64,000 nucleotides of DNA from Callorhinchus milii. Its lineage: Eukaryota. The position numbers and the translations under genes were made by a program. The first letter of the stretch is position 1, and every line of letters starts with the position of its first letter. Shown here piece by piece: positions 25,401 through 36,322 of the stretch. The stretch spans positions 68,698,001 through 68,762,000 of the forward strand of contig NW_024704742.1 of assembly GCF_018977255.1 (NCBI RefSeq). Direction: 5' to 3'. A model generated the notes under the pieces. That model made no database searches. It saw only the letters and a program-made list of their open reading frames with translations, and was not told the DNA's origin.

Positions 25401-28031
25401 GAGACATCTCCATGAAGTGATAAGGCGCTATATCAAATGGAAGGATTATTATTATTATCCCTCTGTTCCCTTTTCCCTCACGTAACAAAAGCAATTGAAG
25501 GGAGAGGTTAAAAAAAACTGTCTTCACACAGAGGATGTTTGGGAAGTGAAATTCTGTGCCACAAAGCATTGTCAAAACAGAGCCCATGAATTATTTTGAA
25601 AGGGAATTAGATACATGCTTGAAGAGGAGGAATATTAAAAGGTATGTGGATCGAGAAAGAGAGAAGGATTAGATGAGGAGACTCATGTGGAGAAAAACAG
25701 GAGTACAGACTTGATGGGCTGAAAAGTCGGTTTATGGACTATAATATTCTAGGATTCTGTGTTTCTGCAGGGCCTCCAGCTGTGTTGTGCTTCAATCAAA
25801 CAAATACACTTCCAAAAGGGATAAAATCACACATGGTTTAAAACTAATCATTAAAAATCCTTGCATTTGGTATTTGCATTTGGTGTCGGGAGGACATCTC
25901 AATACACTTCAGAATTTTTTTATGAAATGAAGTGACTGTATTTGTAGGCGAATGAGGCAGCCCAGTGTCACACAGCAGTGTCCCACAAACAGCCATGAAA
26001 GAATGGCCAATTTTATTTGGGGGATTGTTGGCTAGGACACCAGGAGAAACTCCCTTCTCTTTTCAAATAGTGCAATGGGATCTTCAACGTCCACCCGAAT
26101 AAAAACAGCTGAGCAAAGAGACAAGACACTATTAACAGGGCACAGATTTAAGATAATCATATAGAATGAATTGGAACTTTACAGCATTGAAGAAGGCCCG
26201 TTGGCCCAATTAGTCCATATTTTATATTCCACACAATCTCCCTGTTTCCTCTCTATTCCTTTTTCCCTCACATAACAAAAGGAAAAGATTTTTTAAAAAA
26301 ACTGTAAAACTGTCTTTACACAGAGTGTGGTTGGGATATTGAATTCCCTGGGTTATAGGGTTGCAGGAGGTCACACGGGTTGCAGAACCTGGGAGAATAG
26401 TGTATGTTAATAATAATCCCTCCAAAACAAAAAACAATAATAAATTGGTCATTTTCAATCTACATTTGTGGGACATTGCTGTGCATAATTGGCTGCCGCG
26501 TTCGCCCACAAATATAGTCAATTCACTTTACAGTATATTCTGTGAAGCACTTTGGGACATCTAGAAGACGTGAAGAGTGCTATATCAAATGCAAGGATTA
26601 TTATTATTATTATAGAAGGCACGGGCTACAGAGTTCTGGATAGTGAGAACAAGAGAAATCAAATCAAGATAAATCCAGGTTGTAAATCTCACATTTTAGC
26701 ATCAGCCTGGCTCAGTGGGAGCGCTCGCACCTCTAAGAGTGCTACCACTGTGGGTTCAAACCCAATGTCAGACTTGAACTCACATAGTCTAAGATGACAC
26801 TCCAATGCAGTGCTGGGGTTGAGTTGCGTTATTGGAGGTATTCTTTGGATGAGACGTTAAACTGAGTTTTTTTGCGAAGAAGAGAGAATGGACCTACTTC
26901 AAGTCCCCAGCCTGATCCACCCCATTGTTAGTGGGTGAGCTTTCAGCCTTTCTGACCCACTCTCTGGAACTCCATGCGGGAATCCCTCCAACTCCCTTCC
27001 CTTTCAAAGCACATCCTAAGACCGAGCTTTTTGACCATGCATTGTCACCTTCCTCTCATCCCATTTCTCAGTCCTGCCTCATTCCCCGCCCAGCCCAGGC
27101 TCCCAGTCAGCAGCGTGAAATGATTTGAGATGACCTCCAGACATGAAAGGCACTGTATAAATGTAAATTGTTGTCTTAATTCTGACTGATTTGCAAAATG
27201 CACTGTGATATTGATGAACAGCAAATCCTGAATCCAAATTGATCTTGGTCGAAAACAACCCTCTTTTTCACACACTTTCCTGGCTTGGAATTCAGTATTA
27301 TATTTTAGACCCAATGTCTGTCATTCTAAAACTTTGCATGATCAGCTGTAGGATCAGGTGGAATTTATAGCTGCAGTTTGACAGCCTCCCATTGTATCAC
27401 ACCCAGTGGTCCACTCATAATTGACTCCGCACAACAATAGAGACCTTCACACAAGATAACGTCTCTGTATGCTGTACACTGGTGAGTTAGACGCCAAGTA
27501 GGGGAGGAGAGGGAGGTGATTATCGGAGTGGTACTTTAGGAACCGCCAAGACAATAGGTCAACCACCCGCTTGGACAGGCCAACCTCCTCTGGACAGGCC
27601 AACAAAAAAAATTGTTCACAAACCCACAACTGTTCATGGGACATTGCTGTGTGCAATTGGCTGCCCCGTTTTGCCCACACAAAAATGCAGTCAATTCATG
27701 TTATTGTGTATTCTGTGAAGTGCTTTGAGACATCTCAATGCTATGATAAGGCACTATATCAAATGCAAGAATTATTATTGTTATTATTAAATGGACCAAA
27801 GGGCCTTCTTCATCCAAACAAACCTTGTGATGAGAGGCTAATTCATTTGAATTTGGGGATGAATATAGATGAAGTGGGAATCGAAACCAGAAGAAAGACT
27901 CCACGTTTCTTTGAAATAGCATCAAGGTTCAACATCTGTTCATTGTTAATGGGGGAGAATGGTTGGGAAAGGTTGAAGATTCGATGGCTGAGTTACAAAG
28001 GTTGAAGTTCTTCATCTCTTGTCCTCGGCAG

Positions 28032-28213
28032 GCCATCATGGCCCAGCTGCCACAGGAGGAGAAAGCGAAGATCGCAGAGCAGGTGGAGAGCTTCCACCAA
28101 GAGAAGAACAAGCTGGACGCCGAGGTAGCAAAGTGGGACGACAGCGGCAATGATATAATTGTCCTGGCCAAGCAGATGTGCATGATCATGATGGAAATGA
28201 CTGATTTCACCAG
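28032..28213 (+). CDS. CTNNA2: CTNNA2 internal exon, 182 bp, start of actin-binding domain: AIMAQLPQEEKAKIAEQVESFHQEKNKLDAEVAKWDDSGNDIIVLAKQMCMIMMEMTDFT(R)
   Basis: CAG acceptor at 28029-28031, donor GTAAGG at 28214; conserved KWDDSGNDIIVLAKQMCMIMMEMTDFTR motif; ends with a split codon AG. Confidence 0.97.
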
Positions 28214-28419
28214 GTAAGGGAATGTAGCAGATGAGTTTGCTACTCGCCTTTGGAAAGTGCACCAAATGACAGATTCAGGCTTGGATGTTAAGAACGAATG
28301 TGCTATTTTTGTAACAAGGAATCTGATTCATGTTGATGAGCGAGATCTTTCCATTAACTAGGATTACCTCAGTGAGCCAAGGAAACACCATTCCCTAATA
28401 AGTTCTCAAGCAAATTCAA

Positions 28420-28776
28420 CTAAATGTTCGTTAAATGGTAAATAAGGAGAAACGGTTTCCTCTGGCAGATGGGTTGGTAACCAGAAGACCCAGATTTAAG
28501 AGAATTGCCAAAAGAACCAAAGGGGAGACTAGGAAAAAAAAATGTTGCCCAGAGAGTTGTTATGATCTGTAATGACTACCTGGAAGGGTGGTGGAAAGCA
28601 GATTCGATAGCAGCTCTCAAAGGCAAATGGATATGTACTTAGAAAGGAAATATTTGTAGGGCTATGGGGTAAGAGTGGGGGAGCGGGACTAAATGGTTGC
28701 TCTTTCAAAGAAGCGGCACAGGCATGATGGACCGAATGACCTCCTTCTATGCGGTAAAATTTCATGATTCTATGAA
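28420..28776 (+). mobile_element. CR1 LINE 3' end
   Basis: Resembles 30580-30910; ends in CATGATTCTATGA. Confidence 0.8.
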
Positions 28777-29295
28777 ATAACAATCTGTACTGAAATAGTG
28801 TACTGAAGAGAGAGTGTGTCTGTGCGCGAACGTAAATGACATCAAGTCAACCAACTCTCTCTCTCTTTATTTGTCTCCCTCATAATGAAATCGTCACAAA
28901 CCCCAGGGGTTTAGTCCATATATAGTTACATAGATAGATTTACATAGTTGTCAGGGAAGTGACAGTATTCCATGCACAGTTCTTCAGTCGCAACCTTGTT
29001 CACACCAGGGAACACAGTGACAAAACTCACAAGGGAGTCTAATCCTGGCATTGGCAAAGTGCCTGGGGGCTGCAATGCTATTGATGCAGCAGACATGTGT
29101 ACAGAGAGATGCTATCCTTTCTCTCTGTTTGGATATGATCCTTTGTGGCTACTATGCAGATAATAATTCTTGCATTTGATAGAGTGTCTAAGAATTTACT
29201 GCAAAGTATAGTGATTGTTTATTTTGACGGCAAATATGGCAGTTTCTCTGCGCAGGAAGTTGGCCTGTTTGAGGAGGAAGTTGGCTTATCTGGCA

Positions 29296-30910
29296 GGAAG
29301 TGCAGTTGATGTAGCTTGTATGGATTTTCAAAAGGCGTTTGATAAAGTGCCACATAAGAGACTTGTAAGCAAAATAGAAGCCCACGTTAATAATAATCCT
29401 TGCATTTGATATAGCGCTTTTCACGTCGGGAGGACGTCCCAAAGCGCTTCACAGAACACACTGTAAAGTGAATTGACTGTATATTTGTGGGCGAACGCGG
29501 CAGCCAATTGCGCACAGCAATGTCCCACAAACAGTCGTAGATTGAAAATGACCAATTTATTATTGTTTTTGGTTTTGGAGGGATTATTATTAGGCTCTGT
29601 GTGGAGTAAGGAAACTTGCCCAAGGTTTCGCCCTGACCTGCCTGGAATTGAACTCAGGTCTCTCGCTTGCAAAGCGAGTGCTCTAACCACTGAGCCACAG
29701 GACTCCACAGATATTATTATCTCCACACGTTATTAAAAAGACCGTGGCAGCATGGATAACAACAACAACTTGCATTTATATAGCGCCCTCCACGTTGGGC
29801 GGCGTCTCAAAGCACTTAACAATGGTGGAGCCCAAGGCCGAGCCGGGGGATACAGAACTGGCTGGGAGACAGAAAGCAGAGAGTGATGGTGAACAGTTGT
29901 TTTTCTGACTGGAGGGAAGTGTGCAGTGGTGACCCCCAGGGATCAGTATTGGGACCACTGCTGTTTTCGATCTATATAAACGACCTAGACTTGGGTATAG
30001 GGAGTACAGCTTCCAAGTTTGCAGATGATACTAAGCTAGGAAAAAATAATAAACAGTGAGGAGGATAGTAGCAAACTGCAAATGGACATAGACAGACTGG
30101 TAAGATGGGCAGACACGTGGCAGATGAAGTTTAATGCTGAGAAATGTGAAGTGATGGTATTTTGGGAGGAAGAATGAGGAGAGGCAATATAAGCTGATGG
30201 TACAATCTTAAAGGGGGTGAAGGAACAGAGAGACCTGGGGGTTCATATCAGTAAATCTTTGAAGGTGGCAGGACAGGGAGATAAAGCTGTTAAAAAAGCA
30301 TATGGGATACTTGGCTTTATAAATAGGGGCAGAGAATACAAAAGTCAGGAACCTTTATAAAACACTGGTTGGGCCTCAGCGAGAGTATGTGTTCAGTTCT
30401 GGGCCCCACACTTTAGGAGGAATGTCAAGGCATTGGAGAGGGTGCAAAGGAGATTTACCAGGATGGTACCAGGAATGAGGGATTTCAGTTATCAGGAGAG
30501 GTTAGAGAAGTTAGGATTATTCTCCTTGGAGCAGAGAAGGTTAAGAGGAGACTTAATAGAAGTTTTCAAATTATGAGGGGATTCGATAGGGTGAACAAGG
30601 AGAAACTATTTCCACTGGCGGGTGGGTCAGTAACCCGAGGACACTGATTTAAAATAGTTGTTAAAAGAAACAGAGGGGAGGCGCGGAGAAATGTTTTCAC
30701 ACAGCGAGTTGTTTGGATCTGGAATGTATTGCCTGAAAGGGTGGTGGAAACCTATTTGATAACAACTTTTAAGAGAGAAGTAGATAATTATTTGGGGAGG
30801 ACAAGTTTGCAGGGCTATGGGAGAGAGTGGGGGAGTGGGATTGATTTGAATAGCTCTTTTCAAAGACACAATGGGCTGAATGGCCTCCTTCTGTGCTGTA
30901 TAATTCTATG
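29296..30910 (+). mobile_element. 5'-truncated CR1 LINE (decayed RT), interrupted by a SINE (29387-29708) and a ~90-bp L2 tail (29758-29850)
   Basis: [37 protein letters not shown] motifs; ATTCTATG terminus; GGATA duplication flanks the L2 tail. Confidence 0.92.
29387..29708 (-). mobile_element. Young short-form tRNA(Ala)-like SINE
   Basis: Near-identical reverse complement of 55493-55813; CACGTTA on both sides is a likely target-site duplication. Confidence 0.92.
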
Positions 30911-30919
30911 ATGATCTAT

Positions 30920-31050
30920 GAAGTTGACCTGTTTGAGGAGGAAGTTGGCCTGTCCACACAGATAGTTGGCCTCTCTGCAGGGGAAGCTGTCTGTCCATGT
31001 AGGAAGCGTATTTGTCTGCACAGGAAGTTGGTTTGTCTGCACCTGAAGCT
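30920..31050. repeat. Degenerate ~21-bp tandem repeat (AGGAAGTTGGCCTGTCTGCAC-like); more units at 29250-29300, inverted units at 27570-27603
   Basis: About six diverged units visible by eye. Confidence 0.75.
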
Positions 31051-31119
31051 GAAGACACTGAAAGTAAAATGAGGTTTGACTTTACAATGACGACTGGTGG
31101 CCAATGTTTCACAGACCCA

Positions 31120-31687
31120 TGATGTCGGCCTCCCCAACTCCTCCCTCCACAGATCATCCAAAACTCTGCAAGCCGTGTTCTCTCCCACGCCAGGCTCCGT
31201 GACCCTATCACCTCATCCTTGCCCGGCTCCACTGGCTCCCCATCCCTCAGAGGATAGATTTCAAGATCCTGGCCCTCACTTTCAAAGCCCTCCATGACTT
31301 GCACCTCCCTACCTCTGACCTCCTAACCCCCTACCAACCTGTCTGCTCCTTCCGCTCAGAGGGCTTTAGCCTGTTTCACGTCCCCCACCTTGCCCACCCA
31401 CTATTGGCAGATGGGTTTTAAGCCTCTCTGCCCCCACCCTCTGGAACTCCATTCCACAGTTCCTCCGCTTCGCCCCCTCCCTTGGCTCCTTCAAAACCCA
31501 TCTCAAAACCCTCCTCTTCGACCGTGCCTTCGGTCACCCTCCTACTTCTATCCTCCTCACCCTCCACCCCTCCTGAACACAACCATCAGTTCGGGTGCAG
31601 ATTCCTGACTGTCCAGCACCTTGGGTTACGTCCTCCTGATGTGAAAGGTGCTATGCAAATATAATTTGTTGTTGTTTGGTGTTGTTG
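31120..31687 (+). mobile_element. L2 LINE 3' fragment
   Basis: IIQNSA / LHWLP region and TTG-rich tail. Confidence 0.85.
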
Positions 31688-32789
31688 CTTAATATTATGA
31701 ACCCAAAACACTGCTTTATCACAGAGTTGCTCTCCATATGGCTCGGTATCACTCTCCAGAACAGCTTTACCACCTGAGTCATGGGAGATTATGTGTTATA
31801 CAATATTGTATTCAACAACAACAGCAACAACAAATTCCATTTGTACAGTGCCTTTCATTTCAGGAAGACCTCCAAAGGCACTGGACATTCAGGGATTTGC
31901 ATCTGAGCTGGAGGGTGAGATTAGGAGGGATCGAGGACAATGTGGAGTGGGGGAAGGAGAGTGACCGAAGGCGTGGTCGAAGAGGAAGGTCTTGAGGCGG
32001 GCCTTGAAGAAGGGAAGAGAGGTTTGTTGTATTCCAGAGATATTTTATTTTCCTTTGGTTTCCATTTTTGGGGGATGGGGGAGTTGGCAATTTATTGAAA
32101 TATGAAAAAATATATAAAATTGCATATTTATAAAATATAATATTTACTTATAAAATTGTACTTGACTTGCGAGTCTGCTAGGCTGAACATGTTCAGACTG
32201 TGGATGGCTTTCTTTTGTTGTTTGTCATTTATTCTGAAAATATATTATTCACATAAAGGAAGAATAAATAGGAAAACAAGGCATGGGCATGGGATGTATG
32301 CAATGGCCCATGTAATATCAGCCTTGAAATAATTATAGTGTGTCAGACGGGGAGCGCAGTATTGATGAAATGCATACTGCAAAGGAAATTGAGTGTTTTA
32401 AAGGTCACCTGTGCAGTAAAGCAGCACTGACTATTAACAATATCCTCAGAGCAAATCCCAGCTTCAGTTTCAACCAGCCCTTTCTTACCAAGGCTGCATC
32501 CTTAGATTATTATATTGTGTGGTGTGTTGTGCCATTGAATTGGTAATTTAGTAAATAGGAACCCAGTTGTTGGTCTATTAGCAGATGACTTTCTGGGGGT
32601 AATTGTTCCTTCCCAAAAAAAGGTATTCTGTAAATAATCCATAAAAATAATCCTTGCATTTAATATAACAGTTTATTTGAGAAGTCTCAAAGAGCTACAT
32701 AAAATATACTACAATGTGCTAAAGCGCTATATCAAATGCAAGGATTATTATTATTTTTTTTAACTAATGAAGATTTTATCATAAGATAA

Positions 32790-33270
32790 ATAACAATCCT
32801 TGCATTTGATATAGCGCTTTTTATGTCAGGAGGATGTCTCCAATCGTTTCACAGGATTTACTGTAAAGTGTGCTGATTCTGTATTTTGTAGGCAAGCGCG
32901 GCAGCAAATTTGCACACAGCAATGTCCCACAAACAGTCTTGAAGTGAACGACCAATTTTTTATCTTGAGGATGATCATCCAGGACAGCAGGAGAATTTCC
33001 CTTCTCTTTTCGAGCAGTGACACAGGATCTTTAACATCCATTTGAACAGGCAGACGCAAATTAACTTCTCAATGTAGCTGCAACCTGCTTTTTAAATGAG
33101 TCGCAGCTTTGATTTAACGTCTTATGTTAAGGATGGCACCTCTAACATTGCAGTGCTCCCCCCAGCGCTGCACTGGAGTATCAGCTTAGGCTTTGTGCGT
33201 TCAAAGTTCCAATGTGGGGCTTGAACTTACATCCTTCTGACTCAGAGGTGAGACTGCTGCCAGATGAGTG
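32790..33270 (-). mobile_element. Deu-domain SINE (SacSINE1/AmnSINE1-like), near full length; related copies 2210-2400, 20330-20527, 23120-23520, 41095-41395, 47878-48250, 53360-53792
   Basis: tRNA-like head (...CACCTCTGAGTCAGAAGG...GTTCAAGCCCCAC), central GTCTGCCTGTTCAAATGGATGTTAAAGATCC...GAAAAGAGAAGGG...TGTCCTGG block that matches the Deu domain as I recall it, and L2-type tail. Confidence 0.75.
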
Positions 33271-33276
33271 AAACTT

Positions 33277-33607
33277 ATAATAATATATAATAATAATAAT
33301 AATCCTTGCATTTGATATAGCGCTTTTCACGTTGGGAGGACGTCCCAAAGCGCTTCACAGAATATACTGTAAAGTGAATTGACTGTATATTTGTGGGCGA
33401 ACACGACAGCCAATTGCGCACAGCAATGTCCCACAAACAGTCATGGATTGAAAGTGACCAATTTATTATTGTTTTTTTTTTTTGGAGGGATTATTATTAG
33501 GTGTGTGGAGTAAGGAAACTTGCCCAAGGTTTCGCCCTGCCTGAAATTGAACTCAGGTCTCTCGCTTGCAAAGCGAGTGCTCTAACCACTGAGCTACAGG
33601 ACTCCAC
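33277..33607 (-). mobile_element. Young short-form tRNA(Ala)-like SINE
   Basis: Highly similar to 29387-29708 and 55493-55813. Confidence 0.92.
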
Positions 33608-36061
33608 TTGCACATAATGCACAGAGTTATAAATAAGCCATGCGTCTTTAGGTTCCTTACTCACCCCCACCCTCACCCAGCTCCACTGGCTCCCCATCCT
33701 CCAGAGGCTAGAGTTCAAAATCCTCGTTCTCGCCTTCAAGGCTCTCCACGGGCTTGCGCCTCCCTACCTCTACGACCTGCTGACCACATATCAACCTGTT
33801 CGCTCTCTCCACTCAGCAGGCTGTGACCTGCTCCACGTCCCCCGCCCAGCCCACCCCACCATCGGCGGTCAGACCTTCAACCTTTCTGCCCCCACCCTAA
33901 CACCATCCCACATTCCGTTGCCTCGCTCCCTCCCTTGCTTTCTTCAAGGCACGTCTCAAAATCCTCCCCTTGACCAAAACTTTGGCCACCCTCCTACCTT
34001 CCTTACCCTCCACCCTCCCCAATCCCAACCCCCAGCTCAGGTCAAAGTCTCTGACTGTCCAGGGCCTCGGGACGTCCTCCTGACATGAAAGGCACAAAAC
34101 AAATGTGATTTTGTATTGTATTGTATTGTATTACTTGGGCAGGTGGAGTGGAACTTGAAATCAGCCCTTCCTGGTTTAAATTGGATTTGAAATACAATAC
34201 TGGAATTCAGACTGCCTGCATTTAACAAGCTGGACTGAGGAAAATCATTCAGCTTGCACCACACTGCCAGACAAGCCCACAGCTACAGAATCAAAGAGTT
34301 ACCAGTAAAGGTTTCTGGGACTCATTTACGACCCTGCCTGATGCTGTACTGGAAAGTCAGTCAGGTGTGTATTTTGGGAGGATAAAAATCTCATGGGCCC
34401 AAGAGTCTACTTCACCTACACCTCCCTCGTGATCCTATGTTTTAAGAGGTATAAAACAGTGAGTGTGTTAAGTGATTCTGCCTATCCACATGAATGTTTA
34501 AAGATTCCATGACACTATTTGAAAAAGAGAAGGATGTTTTCCCTTGTGTCTTAGCCAGTAATCTTCCAGATAAATTGTTCATTCCTTCCATGGCTGTTTG
34601 TGGACCATTGCTGTGTACAAATTAGCTGCCACGTTTGCCTACAAAATGCAGTCGCTATACTTTACAGTAAATGTGTAGTGTAGAGTTCTGTAGCATATGT
34701 AGACTCTTGTAGCATATTTGTTAGAGCAGTCACCTCACAAGCAAGAGATCCCAGGTTTGATTCCCATGCAGGGTGAAACCTTCAACAAACAAACAAAATT
34801 ACATTTGTATAGCGCCTTTCACGTCGGGAGAACATTCCAAGGTCCTGGAAAATTAGTGTTTCGGACCCAAGCTGAGGGTCAGGATTGGGGAGGATGGAAG
34901 GCACGGGGGAGAAGGTGGATGATCGAAGGCATGGTCGAAGAGGGGGGTCATGAGATGGGTCTTGAAGAAAGCAAGGGAGGGGACCCGTGCGATGAGAAGC
35001 CAGTGGAGTTGGACAAGAATGGGGGTGATGGGGTCGAGGAGCCTGGTGCGGGAGAGGACATGGGCTGCAGAGTTCTGGATGATCTGCAACCGATGGAGGG
35101 AGGAGTTGGGGATGCCAACAAGCAGGGAGTTTGCATAGTCGAGCCTGGACGTTATGAATGCAATAAATTTATATAGCGCCCCTCACGGAGAGTAGCGCTT
35201 GACAGTGGTGGAACACAACACTCCTCTGTTTACCTAACAGTAAATAGGAATCCGGTTGTTAGTCGATTGGTGGATCACTTTTCCGGGAGTACCAATCCCT
35301 CAAAAACAATCATAGAATCTTACAGCACAGAAGGAGGCCATTCGGACCATTGTGCCGGCTCTTTGAAAATGCTATCCAACTAGTCCCAGTCCTAAATAAT
35401 TAATCCATGACTGTTTTTGGGACCTGATGTACGTATTCGGCTTGAACTCAGCAAGCCAGCCCAGCTGAGCTGCCACAGTCTCTCAGTATTGCTGATAAAG
35501 CATTAATAAAACACTGATGGATGTGCTTGTTATTTACTGAGGTCTTTGTTAGTTTAATACATTTTGATTTATTGCTTTGCAAACTTTTAGAGAAGGAAAA
35601 TCAGGAGCTTGAGGAGGGAGAAAGGAGTGGCTAATGTCATTATGGCTGCAAATGGTTTCATGCTTTCATTAATAACTGCCAACTTGAAACCCATCTTCAT
35701 AGAGTTGAGTTTTATTGCTTACGCTACTAGAATTATTCACTATTTGTGGAACGTTGCTGCCAGGAAAGTGACTTCCCGGTCCCCCAACAAAATAACAGTC
35801 ACTACACTTGTAGTGCTTCACAGGATTTACAGTAAAGCGTAGTGACTGGATTTTGTAAGTGAATGTGGCAGCCAATTTGCACAGCAGTGACTCACAAACA
35901 TCCATGAAATGAATGAACAATTTTAATTTGGGGATTGCTGGGCGGGATACAGGGAGAAACTCCCTTCTCTAAGCATGGGGTTAATGGAATAGGATAGTAG
36001 TTGATGCAGTCGCCTCGCAAGTGAGAGGACCTGTTTTTGATTCCCAGGAAGGGTGAAACCT

Positions 36062-36322
36062 GTCACGATAGGATAAATCTCATAGTCAGATAGGCTTTTG
36101 AACACTCGCCGAACTCAGTGCATGTTAAAGGCCCATTCGGTTAAAGGTACCAAAAGTTGAACCTGTTGATCCGTGTCCACATTGTAGAGTCCCATAGGGT
36201 AGTGGTTAGAGCACTCGTCTCACAAGCAAGAGGACCCAGGTTCAATTTCATGATGGGGTAAAACATTAGGCAAGTTTCCTTACTCCACACACCTCTGTTT
36301 ATTTAGCAGTAAGTAGGAACCC
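36062..36322 (+). repeat. Identical copy of 11570-11830 embedded in a SINE (about 35985-36540)
   Basis: Host SINE head ends ...GGGTGAAACCT at 36061; the duplicate follows and brings in a second SINE head. Confidence 0.95.

Noticed and set aside
30920..31050. CRISPR-like array
   Set aside because: Contiguous degenerate tandem units without unique spacers, in a vertebrate intron.
35560..35660. Possible cryptic exon (TTTTAG followed by a purine-rich stretch)
   Set aside because: Stop codon after six codons in the CTNNA2 phase, no good donor, no expression evidence.
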